DNA from: Bacillota bacterium | GTDB lineage: Bacteria > Bacillota > Clostridia > Oscillospirales > Ruminococcaceae | Length of the DNA stretch: 64,000 bases | Assembly: GCA_023431215.1 (NCBI GenBank) | Contig: JAEYXR010000048.1 | Location: forward strand, 2,995 to 66,994 | Direction of reading: 5' to 3' | Shown: positions 40,284 to 50,178 of the stretch, piece by piece | Layout: each line of letters starts with the position of its first letter | Numbering within the stretch: the first letter of the stretch is position 1 | Notes under the pieces: model-generated | The model's database searches: none | Seen by the model: only the letters and a program-made list of their open reading frames with translations | What the model was told of the DNA's origin: nothing | Made by a program: the position numbers and the translations under genes

Positions 40284-40553
40284 ATGTATTCCAAAAAGAC
40301 GACTATTCAAAACAGAACAGGCCTTCATGCGCGTCCTGCATCAGATTTTATTAGCTTGGCAAGTAAGTTTAAGTCCAAAATTGTCATTCGCAAAATTGAA
40401 GAAGATGAAGAGGCCAATGCAAAATCTATCGTCATGCTGCTCTCTCTGGGGCTGGGTATGGGCGATGAGGTAGAAATTTATGCCAAAGGTGAAGACGAGG
40501 TAGAGGCAGTGGATTCTCTGGTCGCCCTCATTGATTCTAAATTTGGTGAGTAA
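40284..40553 (+). CDS. ptsH: Phosphocarrier protein HPr
   Basis: GLHARPA (His15) and NAKSIVMLLSLG (regulatory Ser46 motif). Confidence 0.92.
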   Translation: MYSKKTTIQNRTGLHARPASDFISLASKFKSKIVIRKIEEDEEANAKSIVMLLSLGLGMGDEVEIYAKGEDEVEAVDSLVALIDSKFGE

Positions 40554-40688
40554 GCCCGTGGCATTTTGTAAAGCTCTTACATGGAGGAGGCACTTTGCTG
40601 CTCTCCTCCTCTTTTTTATCCTTTTGGGCCTATTAGGGTTTGATAGCACATGGCGGGCAACACAAAAGTAAAATTTTTTAGTTTTGGG

Positions 40689-40717
40689 TTGAGTTTTTCA
40701 GACTTTTCGTGTATACT
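40689..40717 (+). promoter_or_regulatory. SigA promoter of the SRP RNA gene
   Basis: TTGAGT, 17 nt, TATACT. Confidence 0.65.
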
Positions 40718-40722
40718 AGTTA

Positions 40723-40912
40723 GGCGAAAGCTCAAAAAAGGCAGGCAGGACGGGTAGTGTCTATTGTCATGCGGATATTTGGTCCTGTGCGACGCAGCAT
40801 TGTGAACCATGTCAGGCGGGGAACCGAGCAGCATTAAGCGATGCATTGCGGGTGCCGCAGCCAACCGGATATCCGTATGACAATGAAGATTACCACCAGT
40901 CTGCCCTTTTTT
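40723..40912 (+). ncRNA. ffs: Signal recognition particle RNA (ends approximate)
   Basis: Helix-8 core GAACCATGTCAGG-CGG-GGAA-CCG-AGCAGCA; long complementary flanks; canonical position before dnaX. Confidence 0.9.
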
Positions 40913-41069
40913 GCTATGCAAAAAGACTATGCGCAGGGCGATATGCGCTACTACCGCTCCCGCCCCTATGCGCAAAAACTTCATGTACCGTAAAACCTTA
41001 TATTTGTCGTGGTGCGGATTCTATTTCACATGAAGTTTATGATTTCTCGGCGAAAGGAGGAGTTTTACC

Positions 41070-42686
41070 TTGTATCAGGCGCTTTACCGAAAATGGAGGC
41101 CAAAAACCTTTGAGGATGTGGTTGGCCAGGAGCATGTTACCACTACGCTGAAAAATGAAATCAAGCACGGAAGGCCCTCTCACGCCTATCTGCTCATGGG
41201 CAGCCGTGGTACGGGTAAAACCACCTGTGCCAAGCTTATTGCCAAGGCGGTAAACTGTCTTGACCCTCAGGACGGCAGCCCTTGCGGCAAGTGTAACGTG
41301 TGTGTGGGAATCGACAATGGTTCCATGGTAGACGTGGTAGAAATTGATGCCGCCAGCAACAACGGTGTAGATAACATTCGAGATTTGCGTGAGGAAGCCA
41401 ATTTTTTACCCAATGTCACCAAATATCGTGTATACATCATCGATGAAGCTCACATGCTGAGTATGGGTGCCGTAAATGCTCTGCTAAAAATTATGGAAGA
41501 GCCCCCTTCCCACGTTATTTTTATTTTGGCAACCACAGAGATACACAAAATGCCCGCCACCATTCAGTCACGGTGTCAGCGGTTTGACTTTGGCCGCATC
41601 GATACCGCTGTAATAACCGGCAGACTAAAGTATATTGCCGATGAAGAGGGCATCTCTTATCAGGAGGAAGCCCTGGCATTGGTGGCAAAACTTGCTGACG
41701 GCGGTATGCGTGACGCCCTTTCTATCTTGGATTTATGCATTTCTCATGGCGGCAGCATCAGTGTTGAAACCGTAAGCCGCGCCGCCGGTTTAGTGGGGCA
41801 GGAGTACCTCTTTGACATTGCCTCGGCCATCAGCCGCGGCAATCTTTCTGCTGCTTTGGAGCTGATTGACAAGGTTGGCAGCGAAGCGGTGGAATATGAC
41901 CGGTTGTGTCAACAGCTGGCTACCCATTACCGCAACCTGCTGGTAGCCGCAACGGCAAAGGAGCCCCAGGAGCTGATTATTTGCCTGCCGGAAACTCTGG
42001 AGGCCTACCAGGCACAGGCAAAGAATATTTCCACAGCAAACATTTTGTATGCCATTAAAACCTTACAGGAAACACAAGGCGCCATGACCCGCACAGCCTC
42101 TCGCCGTACGGAGATGGAGATTGCAGCAGCAAAGCTGTGTGACAGCAGACTAAGCGCTTCTCCTGAAGCTTTGGTTGCGCGCATTGAGGCACTGGAGGCA
42201 AAGCTGAACCGCCTGCAGGCGGGAATCCCCGCCGCCTCGCCCGGCCCTGCTCATGAGGAGGGTTCACACAAAGGACAAGCTGCTCCTGCGTTTGCTCCGG
42301 CTGCGGAACAAGAGCCACCAGTATCTGCTGCCCCGCAGGAAGAGACTCTATCCTCCGATGCTGTTTTAATGTCACAGTGGGAGGATGTGGTTGCCCGGCT
42401 GGGTATCACCAATAAAGCACTCAAAGGTGCTTTGGTGGGGTCACAGGCTTATTTAAGTGGTACCCGGGTGCTTATTAGCTGCGATAATCCTGTTTTTACT
42501 GAGTTGATGCGCAGCAACGACTATACCAAGCAGAGCCTAAAGGATGCCATTGCCGAAGTAACCGGCAAAAAATATGCCATAGGACCTTATTCCGGCCCCA
42601 AAAAATTGGAAGCTGCCAAGTCAGACCCTATGGAAGAAATTTTAAAGCTTGCCAAAGAGGGCGGCGTAAAGGTTGTAATGGAATAA
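41070..42686 (+). CDS. dnaX: DNA polymerase III gamma/tau
   Basis: LYRKWRP, GSRGTGKT, EIDAAS, IIDEAH, SRC. Confidence 0.96.
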   Translation: MYQALYRKWRPKTFEDVVGQEHVTTTLKNEIKHGRPSHAYLLMGSRGTGKTTCAKLIAKAVNCLDPQDGSPCGKCNVCVGIDNGSMVDVVEIDAASNNGVDNIRDLREEANFLPNVTKYRVYIIDEAHMLSMGAVNALLKIMEEPPSHVIFILATTEIHKMPATIQSRCQRFDFGRIDTAVITGRLKYIADEEGISYQEEALALVAKLADGGMRDALSILDLCISHGGSISVETVSRAAGLVGQEYLFDIASAISRGNLSAALELIDKVGSEAVEYDRLCQQLATHYRNLLVAATAKEPQELIICLPETLEAYQAQAKNISTANILYAIKTLQETQGAMTRTASRRTEMEIAAAKLCDSRLSASPEALVARIEALEAKLNRLQAGIPAASPGPAHEEGSHKGQAAPAFAPAAEQEPPVSAAPQEETLSSDAVLMSQWEDVVARLGITNKALKGALVGSQAYLSGTRVLISCDNPVFTELMRSNDYTKQSLKDAIAEVTGKKYAIGPYSGPKKLEAAKSDPMEEILKLAKEGGVKVVME

Positions 42687-42805
42687 AACATTTTGTTATA
42701 CCTGTTGTATTTTTTAGCATAATAATACAGATATGTATAGTAAGGCATAAACCCTTGCTGATAAATACAGCATGTTGATACCTAAAAAACAAAGGAGTTA
42801 TGGAT

Positions 42806-43153
42806 ATGAAAGCAAGACTGCCTCAAGGAGTGGGCGGCGGCCCCGGCAACATGAATCAAATGATTCGTCAGGCTCAGAAGATGCAGGAGGATATGGCAAG
42901 AGTTCAGGAAGAGCTTGACGTTAAGGAATATAGCGCCACCAGCGGCGGCGGCATGGTTGAAGCTGTTGTCACCGGTAAAAAAGAAGTGAAATCCATTCAT
43001 ATCAAGCCCGAGGTGGTAGACCCCGAGGATATTGAAATTTTGGAGGATATGATTGCAGGTGCCGTCAACGAGGCGCTTCGTGCCGCAATGGATGACGCCG
43101 AGGAAAGAATGTCCAAAATTACCGGCGGACTGGGCACCCCCGGATTATTCTAA
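42806..43153 (+). CDS. ybaB: YbaB/EbfC nucleoid-associated protein
   Basis: QAQKMQ, SGGGMV, DPEDIEILEDMI; dnaX-ybaB-recR synteny. Confidence 0.93.
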   Translation: MKARLPQGVGGGPGNMNQMIRQAQKMQEDMARVQEELDVKEYSATSGGGMVEAVVTGKKEVKSIHIKPEVVDPEDIEILEDMIAGAVNEALRAAMDDAEERMSKITGGLGTPGLF

Positions 43154-43259
43154 AAAATATTGCATTGACAATTACAAAAGAGTCGGCGGCGCGTAGTGCA
43201 GGGCAACTTGCCCACGCGCCGCCGGTTTTCGAAACTCAATACCCAGAGGAGGAACAACC

Positions 43260-43856
43260 ATGGAGGGAGCATTGCCGCTGGTACGGCTGATTGAGCAGTT
43301 TGCCAAATTGCCGGGAGTGGGAAGAAAATCTGCCCAAAGGTTTGCTTTTTATATTTTAAATCAACCGGAGGAAAAAGCACGGGAGTTTGCTCAGGCTATT
43401 TTGGATGCCCGTACCAAAATAAAAAAATGCACGCTCTGTGGAAATTTAACCGAGGATGAGCTGTGCCCCATCTGCTCCGCAAAGGGCAGAGATACCTCTT
43501 TGGTTTGTGTGGTGGAAGACCCCCGTGACGTATTGGCCTTTGAGCGTACCAAAGAATATAATGGTGTATACCATGTGCTTCATGGCTTAATTTCTCCTAT
43601 GGATGGTGTAGGGCCCGAACAGCTTACCATCAAAGAGCTGTTGGCGAGAGTATCCAAGGGCGAGGTTGTTGAGGTCATTATGGCTACCAACCCCACCGTT
43701 GAAGGAGAGGCCACCGCCATGTATGTGGCAAGGCTTTTAAAGCCTCTTGGTATAAAGGTTAGCCGTTTGGCCTATGGCATCCCTGTAGGGGGCAACCTGG
43801 AGTATGCAGATGAAGTAACGCTGTTCCGGGCCTTGCAGGGACGCAGTGAGCTTTAA
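43260..43856 (+). CDS. recR: Recombination protein RecR
   Basis: LPGVGRKSA HhH, C4 zinc finger, Toprim ATNPTVEGEAT. Confidence 0.96.
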   Translation: MEGALPLVRLIEQFAKLPGVGRKSAQRFAFYILNQPEEKAREFAQAILDARTKIKKCTLCGNLTEDELCPICSAKGRDTSLVCVVEDPRDVLAFERTKEYNGVYHVLHGLISPMDGVGPEQLTIKELLARVSKGEVVEVIMATNPTVEGEATAMYVARLLKPLGIKVSRLAYGIPVGGNLEYADEVTLFRALQGRSEL

Positions 43857-43904
43857 TGTGGGCATACTAACAGCAGCAACATCATCCGTGAGGAGGAGAT
43901 ACTT

Positions 43905-44297
43905 TTGGACAATCGGCTGACAGAAGCCATAAAAGCGGGTAAATTTGCAATTGTGGGCGTTGCCAACACGCTATTAGACATGGGCGTTTTTTGGCTGCTG
44001 TCCGTTCTCCTTGGGATTAATCCTTATATATCCCAAGTCATCAGCTATAGCTGTGGCATGCTCAACAGCTATATTTTTAACCGCAGCTGGACCTTTCGCT
44101 CTCAGGCAAAATTTTTCAGCCCTGCCCTCCTCCGTTTTATTATTTTAAACCTGATTATGCTGGGTATCAGCACCGGTTTGCTCTTTGTACTGCTGGATAT
44201 TTTGGCCGTTCCCAAGATGATTGCTAAGGTTGGTGCCACCATTATTACTTTGGTTATCAGCTTTGTTGTAAACCGTTTGTGGGTATTTAAAGAATAA
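43905..44297 (+). CDS. GtrA-family four-TM protein
   Basis: KFAIVG..NT..D, NRSWTF, AK, NRLWVFK. Confidence 0.88.
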   Translation: MDNRLTEAIKAGKFAIVGVANTLLDMGVFWLLSVLLGINPYISQVISYSCGMLNSYIFNRSWTFRSQAKFFSPALLRFIILNLIMLGISTGLLFVLLDILAVPKMIAKVGATIITLVISFVVNRLWVFKE

Positions 44298-44388
44298 AAT
44301 GAAGCCAAAAATAACAATTTTATCCTACTTGACTTTTTAACAAAACATGTTACAATGTAGTATCAACCACCAGAAAGGAGGAGACACC

Positions 44389-44853
44389 ATGGGAAAAGAT
44401 AGTATAAAGCAAATCAGCTATAACCGCCAAGCTCGCCACGAGTACTTTGTGGAAGAAAGTTTGGAAGCAGGGATTGAGCTGTGTGGCACTGAGGTAAAAT
44501 CTCTGCGCCAGGGCGGAATTAATCTAAAGGACGCATGGTGTGACTTTCAAGATGGTGAGCTGTACGTCAAGCAAATGCACATCAGCCCTTACGAACAGGG
44601 AAATATCTTTAACAAAGACCCCTTACGCCCGCGCAAGCTTTTGCTGCACCGCCGTGAACTAAACCGCCTGTTTGGGCTTACCAAACAGCAGGGTTTTACG
44701 CTGGTGCCCTTGCAGGCTTATTTTAAAGGCCCCAGGGTAAAGATTGAAGTGGGCCTGTGTAAGGGTAAAAAATTGTACGACAAGCGTGACGATGCCGCCA
44801 AGCGTGACGCCAAACGTGATATTGAACGTGCAATGAAAAATCACAATGGCTGA
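44389..44853 (+). CDS. smpB: SsrA-binding protein
   Basis: EAGIELCGTEVKSLR, RKLLLHRRE, GKKLYDKR. Confidence 0.97.
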   Translation: MGKDSIKQISYNRQARHEYFVEESLEAGIELCGTEVKSLRQGGINLKDAWCDFQDGELYVKQMHISPYEQGNIFNKDPLRPRKLLLHRRELNRLFGLTKQQGFTLVPLQAYFKGPRVKIEVGLCKGKKLYDKRDDAAKRDAKRDIERAMKNHNG

Positions 44854-44888
44854 TATTTCCTTTTGCTGATGCCGGAACCTATTGATAT

Positions 44889-45234
44889 GGGGGCGCACCG
44901 GTTTCGACGGGGATTTTGAATTATGGTAAGCGAGTAGAGGCGCCCGACCTCTATAAAACGAGCAAACTTAAAATTAAACGACGAATCTAATTTCGCCTAC
45001 GCAGCCTAATTAGGCTGCCGTCCTGCCGGTGAGTACCACGGCTCCGGTTTGGGCGTCATCTAGTGGTGAACGATTGCAGGAGGCGCTCCGGGTCTGCAAT
45101 TGCATTAGGAGCTACTAAGCGCAGCAGCCTGCCCGCCAGCGGCTGTGCAAGGGAATGTAAATAACGGGCTACACTCGTAGAAAGCCATATGGATAGGTTT
45201 TCGGACAGGGGTTCGACTCCCCTCGCCTCCACCA
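44889..45234 (+). ncRNA. ssrA: tmRNA; tag peptide (A)DESNFAYAA* at 44980-45009
   Basis: 5' GGGGGCG..GGTTTCGACGGG and 3' GGGTTCGACTCCC..CGCCTCCACCA; internal tag ORF ending YAA; directly after smpB. Confidence 0.96.
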
Positions 45235-45237
45235 TGA

Positions 45238-45288
45238 AAGTCAGGTTAAAATAGATGCTGATGTGCATTTGTTTTAGCCTGACTTTTT
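45238..45288 (+). terminator. ssrA terminator
   Basis: AAAGTCAGGTTAAAA...TTTTAGCCTGACTTTTTT. Confidence 0.75.
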
Positions 45289-45334
45289 TGTTATACTGAA
45301 TCCAAGATTATTTATATTAGATCGGGAGGAAACT

Positions 45335-45610
45335 ATGAAAGCTTTGAAAATCATATCATTGTCAATATTATTTGTTTCGCTGTTTGCATCGGTTGACTTA
45401 GGTATAAACTGCATCGGTTCTCTCGTTCCGGAGTTACAAGACGGCATTTCTTATAACAGCTTTTTACAAAGTTCTTTTGGCTTACTGGAAGGTTCATTGA
45501 GAACAAAAGCAGATTTTTTTTATGCTTTTAAAACTTCAGCTTGGGTTACTTTTGCAGTTTTAGCAGAAAATGCGGCTTTATATATTATTCCATCAAAAAA
45601 GCAACAGTAG
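45335..45610 (+). CDS. Small hypothetical membrane protein
   Basis: RBS GGGAGG, two hydrophobic segments, AT-rich sequence. Confidence 0.6.
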   Translation: MKALKIISLSILFVSLFASVDLGINCIGSLVPELQDGISYNSFLQSSFGLLEGSLRTKADFFYAFKTSAWVTFAVLAENAALYIIPSKKQQ

Positions 45611-45826
45611 TTTCATATTATGAGCATACTCTCCCCTACATCTATTTTTACCTATTGACACAAATAAAAATGGTTATCTTTTGACGGGTCATTTTTATTT
45701 ATTTGTTTGCTTCGGCAAGTTATCTACTGGTTACACCCGCTCAATGATAGTTTATCTTACTTATAAAAATCTCTTTTATAGTTATATAAAACAAAATTCG
45801 TGAAATTATTTTACGAGGTGGCTGTC

Positions 45827-46279
45827 ATGAAGGATATAAAAGATTTGCTTCAAGGTCTAACTGGCAAAAACGACAGCTATGCTTATCAGTGCTTAAAGCT
45901 GTTGGTGCAGGAGAGTCAACGCTCCTCTGCCGTTTACCCGTATTTTGACAGCTTTGTAGCCATGTTGGAAGATAAAAATTCGTATATCAGGACAAGGGGG
46001 CTTACTTTAATAGCCTCCTGTGCAAGGTGGGATACAGAAAATAAACTTGACGGCATAATCCACCAATACTTAAAGCATCTTTCTGATGAAAAGCCAATCA
46101 CTGCAAGAAAATGCATTGAATCATTACCCCTGATTGCAGAGTATAAGCCAGATTTAAGGGAAAAAATTGTTTTGGCACTTCAAAATGCTGATTGTTTGCA
46201 GTATCCGGATAGCATGCAGTCTTTGGTCAAAAAAGATGTTAGTAACGCCTTACGCAACATTCAAAAGCTTATGGGTTGA
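45827..46279 (+). CDS. HEAT/ARM-repeat-like hypothetical protein
   Basis: Helical repeats ML.D.NSYIRTRG and L.DEKPITARKC; RBS GAGGTG. Confidence 0.65.
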   Translation: MKDIKDLLQGLTGKNDSYAYQCLKLLVQESQRSSAVYPYFDSFVAMLEDKNSYIRTRGLTLIASCARWDTENKLDGIIHQYLKHLSDEKPITARKCIESLPLIAEYKPDLREKIVLALQNADCLQYPDSMQSLVKKDVSNALRNIQKLMG

Positions 46280-46302
46280 CCTCTTAAAATATTGGGAAAA
46301 TT

Positions 46303-46340
46303 AAAACCGGTAAATCAGTTTGATTTACCGGTTTTTTTTT
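46303..46340. terminator. Bidirectional terminator at the end of the catabolic cluster
   Basis: AAAACCGGTAAATCA-GTT-TGATTTACCGGTTTTTTTT. Confidence 0.88.
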
Positions 46341-46378
46341 GACCTAAAAAGGAGGAAAAGGTCAACTTACATTGGATG

Positions 46379-46825
46379 CTATTTATATTCCAGCTTCATT
46401 ACATACTTTTTATAAGGATTGGCCTGTGCTCCCTCCAAGTGGCGACAGGCAGTGTGAGCATCTGAGCTGAAAAGTGCGCAAAACATGCCCGGTTTCAGTT
46501 CAAGCACTGCTCCCTCTCCACCTAAGGTCAGTTTATCCTTTTCTTCATCATAGTCCCCTATCTGTGTCATTTTCTCCAGACGGTTCCAAACAACAATTTC
46601 GTTGCCCTCTACCAGTATCTGAATATCAATATACTTTTTGTGTGCTTCAAATGTACCTTCTGCAACCGGGCGGGTCATTCCCGCCTGTACCAGAACAAAG
46701 CCGCCAGGGAAAACATGTTTTCCCTCACTTAACCGGGGGTTCTCCTGAAGAAAAGCCAGTCCGCTTGCCAAATGTGGCAGCATGCTTTCATATTCCGTAA
46801 TATAGTCCATTCGATCAATGATCAT
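46379..46825 (-). CDS. YhcH/YjgK/YiaL (NanQ-like, DUF386) protein
   Basis: FEAHKKYIDIQ, YDEEKD, F..DAH, KK.V.K. Confidence 0.88.
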   Translation of the reverse strand: MIIDRMDYITEYESMLPHLASGLAFLQENPRLSEGKHVFPGGFVLVQAGMTRPVAEGTFEAHKKYIDIQILVEGNEIVVWNRLEKMTQIGDYDEEKDKLTLGGEGAVLELKPGMFCALFSSDAHTACRHLEGAQANPYKKYVMKLEYK

Positions 46826-46856
46826 TTGTTACTCCCCTTGCGTAATAATGTTATCA

Positions 46857-47900
46857 TCACCTGTTTTTGGCCAGCTTGATGGCATACTCAATGGCGTTAA
46901 CCAAGCTAAGCTCATTGGAGGTACCCTTTCCTGCTTGATCAAAGCCTGTTCCATGGTCAACACTGGTACGAATAATAGGAAGTCCCAGGGTAATATTGAC
47001 ACCCTCTACTGCCAGCCATCGACCTTGGTCCCGGTCATACTTAAACCCTACTGTTTTTAGGGGAATATGTCCTTGGTCGTGATACATGGCCACTACAATG
47101 TCATACCAGCCTCCCAAAGCCTTAGAAAACAGACTGTCGGGGGGAAGCGGCCCTTCGGCAAGGATTCCTTCGCTGCAAGCCTGGTGTATAGCCGGAATAA
47201 TTTCTTCTATTTCTTCGGTGCCAAACAGCCCGTTTTCTCCTGCATGGGGGTTTAACCCGGCTACGGCAACTCTGGGGGAAGTAATCCCCAAGTTTTTGCA
47301 TGCGCTGTGGGCAATGCGGATAACATCCAGCACTCGCTCTTTTTTTACCCGGTCGCAGGCCTGGCGCAGGCTACAGTGGGTGGATACATGCACGACCCGT
47401 AAATCGTGGTGAGCAAGCATCATGGTATATTTTTGAGTATTGGTGTAAGCAGCATAAATCTCGGTGTGTCCGTCAAAATGCAAACCTTGAGGCTGCAGTG
47501 CCAAATTCATAGATTCTTTGCATAATGCATTGGTACAGGTGGCATCCACCAGTCCCTGCTGAGCCAGTTCTATAACCTTGCGCACACACTGAAAGGCTGC
47601 GTTTCCGCACATGGGAGAAATCTCACCATAAGATAGGTTATCCATTTCAACAAGCTCCAGATGAAAAACATCTATGGTGCCATAAGTAAACTTAGCCTCT
47701 CCAACAGACGAGACCGGGTTAATAGCTATCTGCGGCTGGCCGGCGATGGCTTTTATAGCTTCAAGCACCTTGGCATCACCGACGACAAGTGGACGACAAT
47801 GCCGGTAAAGCTCAGGATTTGCCAGAGCCTTTACCGTTAGTTCCGGCCCATTGCCGGCAGGGTCCCCCATGGTAATACCGATGATGGGGCGCATATCCAT
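46857..47900 (-). CDS. pdxA2: PdxA2-type D-threonate/erythronate 4-phosphate dehydrogenase
   Basis: TMGDPAG.GPE, GHTE, GLNPHAGE, MYHDQGHIP, RTSVDHGT; clustered with a DUF1537 kinase. Confidence 0.88.
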   Translation of the reverse strand: MDMRPIIGITMGDPAGNGPELTVKALANPELYRHCRPLVVGDAKVLEAIKAIAGQPQIAINPVSSVGEAKFTYGTIDVFHLELVEMDNLSYGEISPMCGNAAFQCVRKVIELAQQGLVDATCTNALCKESMNLALQPQGLHFDGHTEIYAAYTNTQKYTMMLAHHDLRVVHVSTHCSLRQACDRVKKERVLDVIRIAHSACKNLGITSPRVAVAGLNPHAGENGLFGTEEIEEIIPAIHQACSEGILAEGPLPPDSLFSKALGGWYDIVVAMYHDQGHIPLKTVGFKYDRDQGRWLAVEGVNITLGLPIIRTSVDHGTGFDQAGKGTSNELSLVNAIEYAIKLAKNR

Positions 47901-47929
47901 TGGAAAAACCTCCTTGCTGTGTCTAATGA

Positions 47930-48835
47930 TCAACACATGCCCTTTTCAGCGTTTTCTTTCAGCACTTTTTTCAAAGCCTCTATGCCTTCCTCGGGCAGCT
48001 GATTAAAGGGTGCGCGGCATTTGCCCACAGGGTATCCCAAAAGATTGACGGCTGTTTTGACCACGGTATTGGGGTTGCCAAACCTAAAGCAACCACGGAA
48101 GGAGCGAATGCTGTCCTGATATACTCTTGCCTCTTCCAGATTCCCCTTAATAAAGCTGTCGTAAATGGAAGCCATGGTTTTTGGGTAAACATTGGAGCAT
48201 CCGGCAATGCCGCCTGTGCCACCTGCAAGCAGTGTCCAAAGAATCAGGCTGTCATTTCCGCTTAATACACCAAAGCCGGGCACGTCCCTGGTCTGCTCAA
48301 TGTATTGCAAAATATTGTCAAAGTTTCCGCTGGAGTCTTTTGCACCTACAATATTTTTAAAGTCATGAGCCAGACGGCCTACGGTAGCAGGTGCCAGGGT
48401 ATTACCGGTTCTGGCGGGAATGTTGTACAGCACAATAGGCATATCAACAGAAGAAGCAACCGCCTTGTAATGCTCGTACAGCTCGTTTGCACTGGCAGCC
48501 GCAAAGCTGGGTGTGATAATAGAAAGCACATCAGCACCCGCTTTTTCGGCCATTTTACACTGTTCTATGGTTTCTTTTGTGCCTACGCAGCCGGTCCCTG
48601 CGTAAACCGGAACACGTCCCGCAGTTTCTTCTACAACCGTTTCCAGCACCAGCTGCTTTTCCTGGGCGTTTAAAATATACCCTTCTCCGTTGGTACCAAA
48701 GCAAAAAATAGCATGAGAGCCATTTTCTATCTGCCGGTTGACCTGCTGGCGCAAAACCTGTAGGTTAATGGATTCATCCTCGTTCATGGGGGTTACCAAG
48801 GCCGGAATGATTCCTTTAATTTCAACATTTTTCAT
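47930..48835 (-). CDS. DapA/NanA-family class I aldolase (substrate unknown)
   Basis: GTNGEG, LYNIPART, Schiff-base lysine in AKDSSG, LSGND. Confidence 0.9.
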   Translation of the reverse strand: MKNVEIKGIIPALVTPMNEDESINLQVLRQQVNRQIENGSHAIFCFGTNGEGYILNAQEKQLVLETVVEETAGRVPVYAGTGCVGTKETIEQCKMAEKAGADVLSIITPSFAAASANELYEHYKAVASSVDMPIVLYNIPARTGNTLAPATVGRLAHDFKNIVGAKDSSGNFDNILQYIEQTRDVPGFGVLSGNDSLILWTLLAGGTGGIAGCSNVYPKTMASIYDSFIKGNLEEARVYQDSIRSFRGCFRFGNPNTVVKTAVNLLGYPVGKCRAPFNQLPEEGIEALKKVLKENAEKGMC

Positions 48836-48994
48836 AGGGGCAGCTCCTTTCGTCTGGACAGCGGCATCTGCTTTTCATTTTTGTAATAAAAGCAATAATT
48901 TGCCATAGCAAAACAATAAACTGTTATCTCTTTGGGTTTTAAACGCAACGCTAACCCTCTATATGCCTGTATTATAACTGTGCAGTTTTTTGTT

Positions 48995-50164
48995 TTAGTG
49001 TGGTGGCATTAAAAGCTGAGAATACAGCATTCGTGCGTTATTGGCAGTCAGTGTGCGCATGTTGTTGTTCAGCAGCCGTGTTACCTGCATAGCAGCAGCC
49101 ACCAGCAGCTCCAAATCCTCAGCGGGTACGCCAAAGGCGGTAAGGCTTGTGGGAATATTCAAATGCTGCACAATGTCTTCCAGCCATTGCAACATATAGG
49201 TGCTTTTTTCCTCATGGGTTGTGCAATTGGTGTGTTTATGGACACAGCGGTCAAAGGCAGCTGCAAATTTTTCTCTGCAGCAGGGCTCGTTAAAACGCAT
49301 CACCGGTGCCAGCAGCATAGCGTTGGAGACACCGTGGGGGATGTGATACTTGCCCCCCAACGGGTAACTAAGAGCATGGACTGCCGTAGTTCCCGAAGCA
49401 GTGATGGCCACCCCTGCAAAAAAACTTGCCAGCTGCATTTTATTCTTGGCCTCCATGGCGTCGGGATTGTCACAAGCTTCTTCAATGTTGTTAAGAATTA
49501 TGTCCAGTGCTTCCAAGGCAAATAAATCGCTGAAAGGGTTAGCCTTGTTGGCGGTATAGCATTCAATGGCATGAGCCAATGCATCCACACCTGTTGCGGC
49601 TGCAATGCTTCTGGGCAGTTTTTTTATCATTTGGGCGTCCAGTATTACGGCGTCCGGTATCATACAGGAGTTTACAATGCCCACCTTCAATTCTTTTTCA
49701 GGCACCGACACAATGGCGTTGGGGGTAGCTTCTGCCCCTGTTCCTGCGGTGGTGGGCACCACAATGGTCTTTACCTGCTTTTGGGCAAGGGTGGGCTCGT
49801 CAAGCAGTGACTTCACCGTATAGTCTCCTGTAGCCAGCACACTTGCCAGCTTGGCAGCATCAATTACACTGCCGCCGCCTACCGCCAAAATACAGTCTGC
49901 CTCCAGGTTTCTAAAAGCATCCACCATCTTCTGCACCTGCATATAGGTAGGCTCTGGAGGTAGGTCATTGAGTATTGATACCTGAGCTGCAGACTTTGCA
50001 TATGCCAGCACAGGTTCCAACAGACCAGCCGCCTCAACCCCTTTATCGGTGAACACTGCCACACGCTTTACGCCACCTTGCAGCAATAGAGTTTTTATAT
50101 TTTCCAATGCGCCGATACCGCTGTAAACCGCGCCGGGCATTTTTAAATGATATTGAGTAAGCAT
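48995..50164 (-). CDS. Iron-containing alcohol dehydrogenase / aldehyde reductase
   Basis: GGGSVIDAAK, PTTAGTGAE, DALAHAIE, HALSY, PHGVSN. Confidence 0.92.
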   Translation of the reverse strand: MLTQYHLKMPGAVYSGIGALENIKTLLLQGGVKRVAVFTDKGVEAAGLLEPVLAYAKSAAQVSILNDLPPEPTYMQVQKMVDAFRNLEADCILAVGGGSVIDAAKLASVLATGDYTVKSLLDEPTLAQKQVKTIVVPTTAGTGAEATPNAIVSVPEKELKVGIVNSCMIPDAVILDAQMIKKLPRSIAAATGVDALAHAIECYTANKANPFSDLFALEALDIILNNIEEACDNPDAMEAKNKMQLASFFAGVAITASGTTAVHALSYPLGGKYHIPHGVSNAMLLAPVMRFNEPCCREKFAAAFDRCVHKHTNCTTHEEKSTYMLQWLEDIVQHLNIPTSLTAFGVPAEDLELLVAAAMQVTRLLNNNMRTLTANNARMLYSQLLMPPH

Positions 50165-50178
50165 ATTAGACCCCTTCT

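Noticed and set aside
40616..41151. ORFs 40616..40984 and 40846..41151
   Set aside because: They overlap the SRP RNA gene and have no protein features.
41070..42686. Programmed -1 frameshift in dnaX
   Set aside because: I saw no A-AAA-AAG slippery site or long A-run with a downstream hairpin.
31015..43259. GC-rich intergenic hairpins (about 31108-31160, 40930-40975, 43182-43228) as one repeat family
   Set aside because: They share no primary sequence; more likely independent mRNA stabilisers or terminators.
46857..48835. Vitamin B6 (pdxA) and lysine (dapA) biosynthesis
   Set aside because: Context with a DUF1537 kinase and TRAP importer indicates catabolism; no pdxJ, dapB or asd nearby; the aldolase has GTNGE rather than GTTGE.
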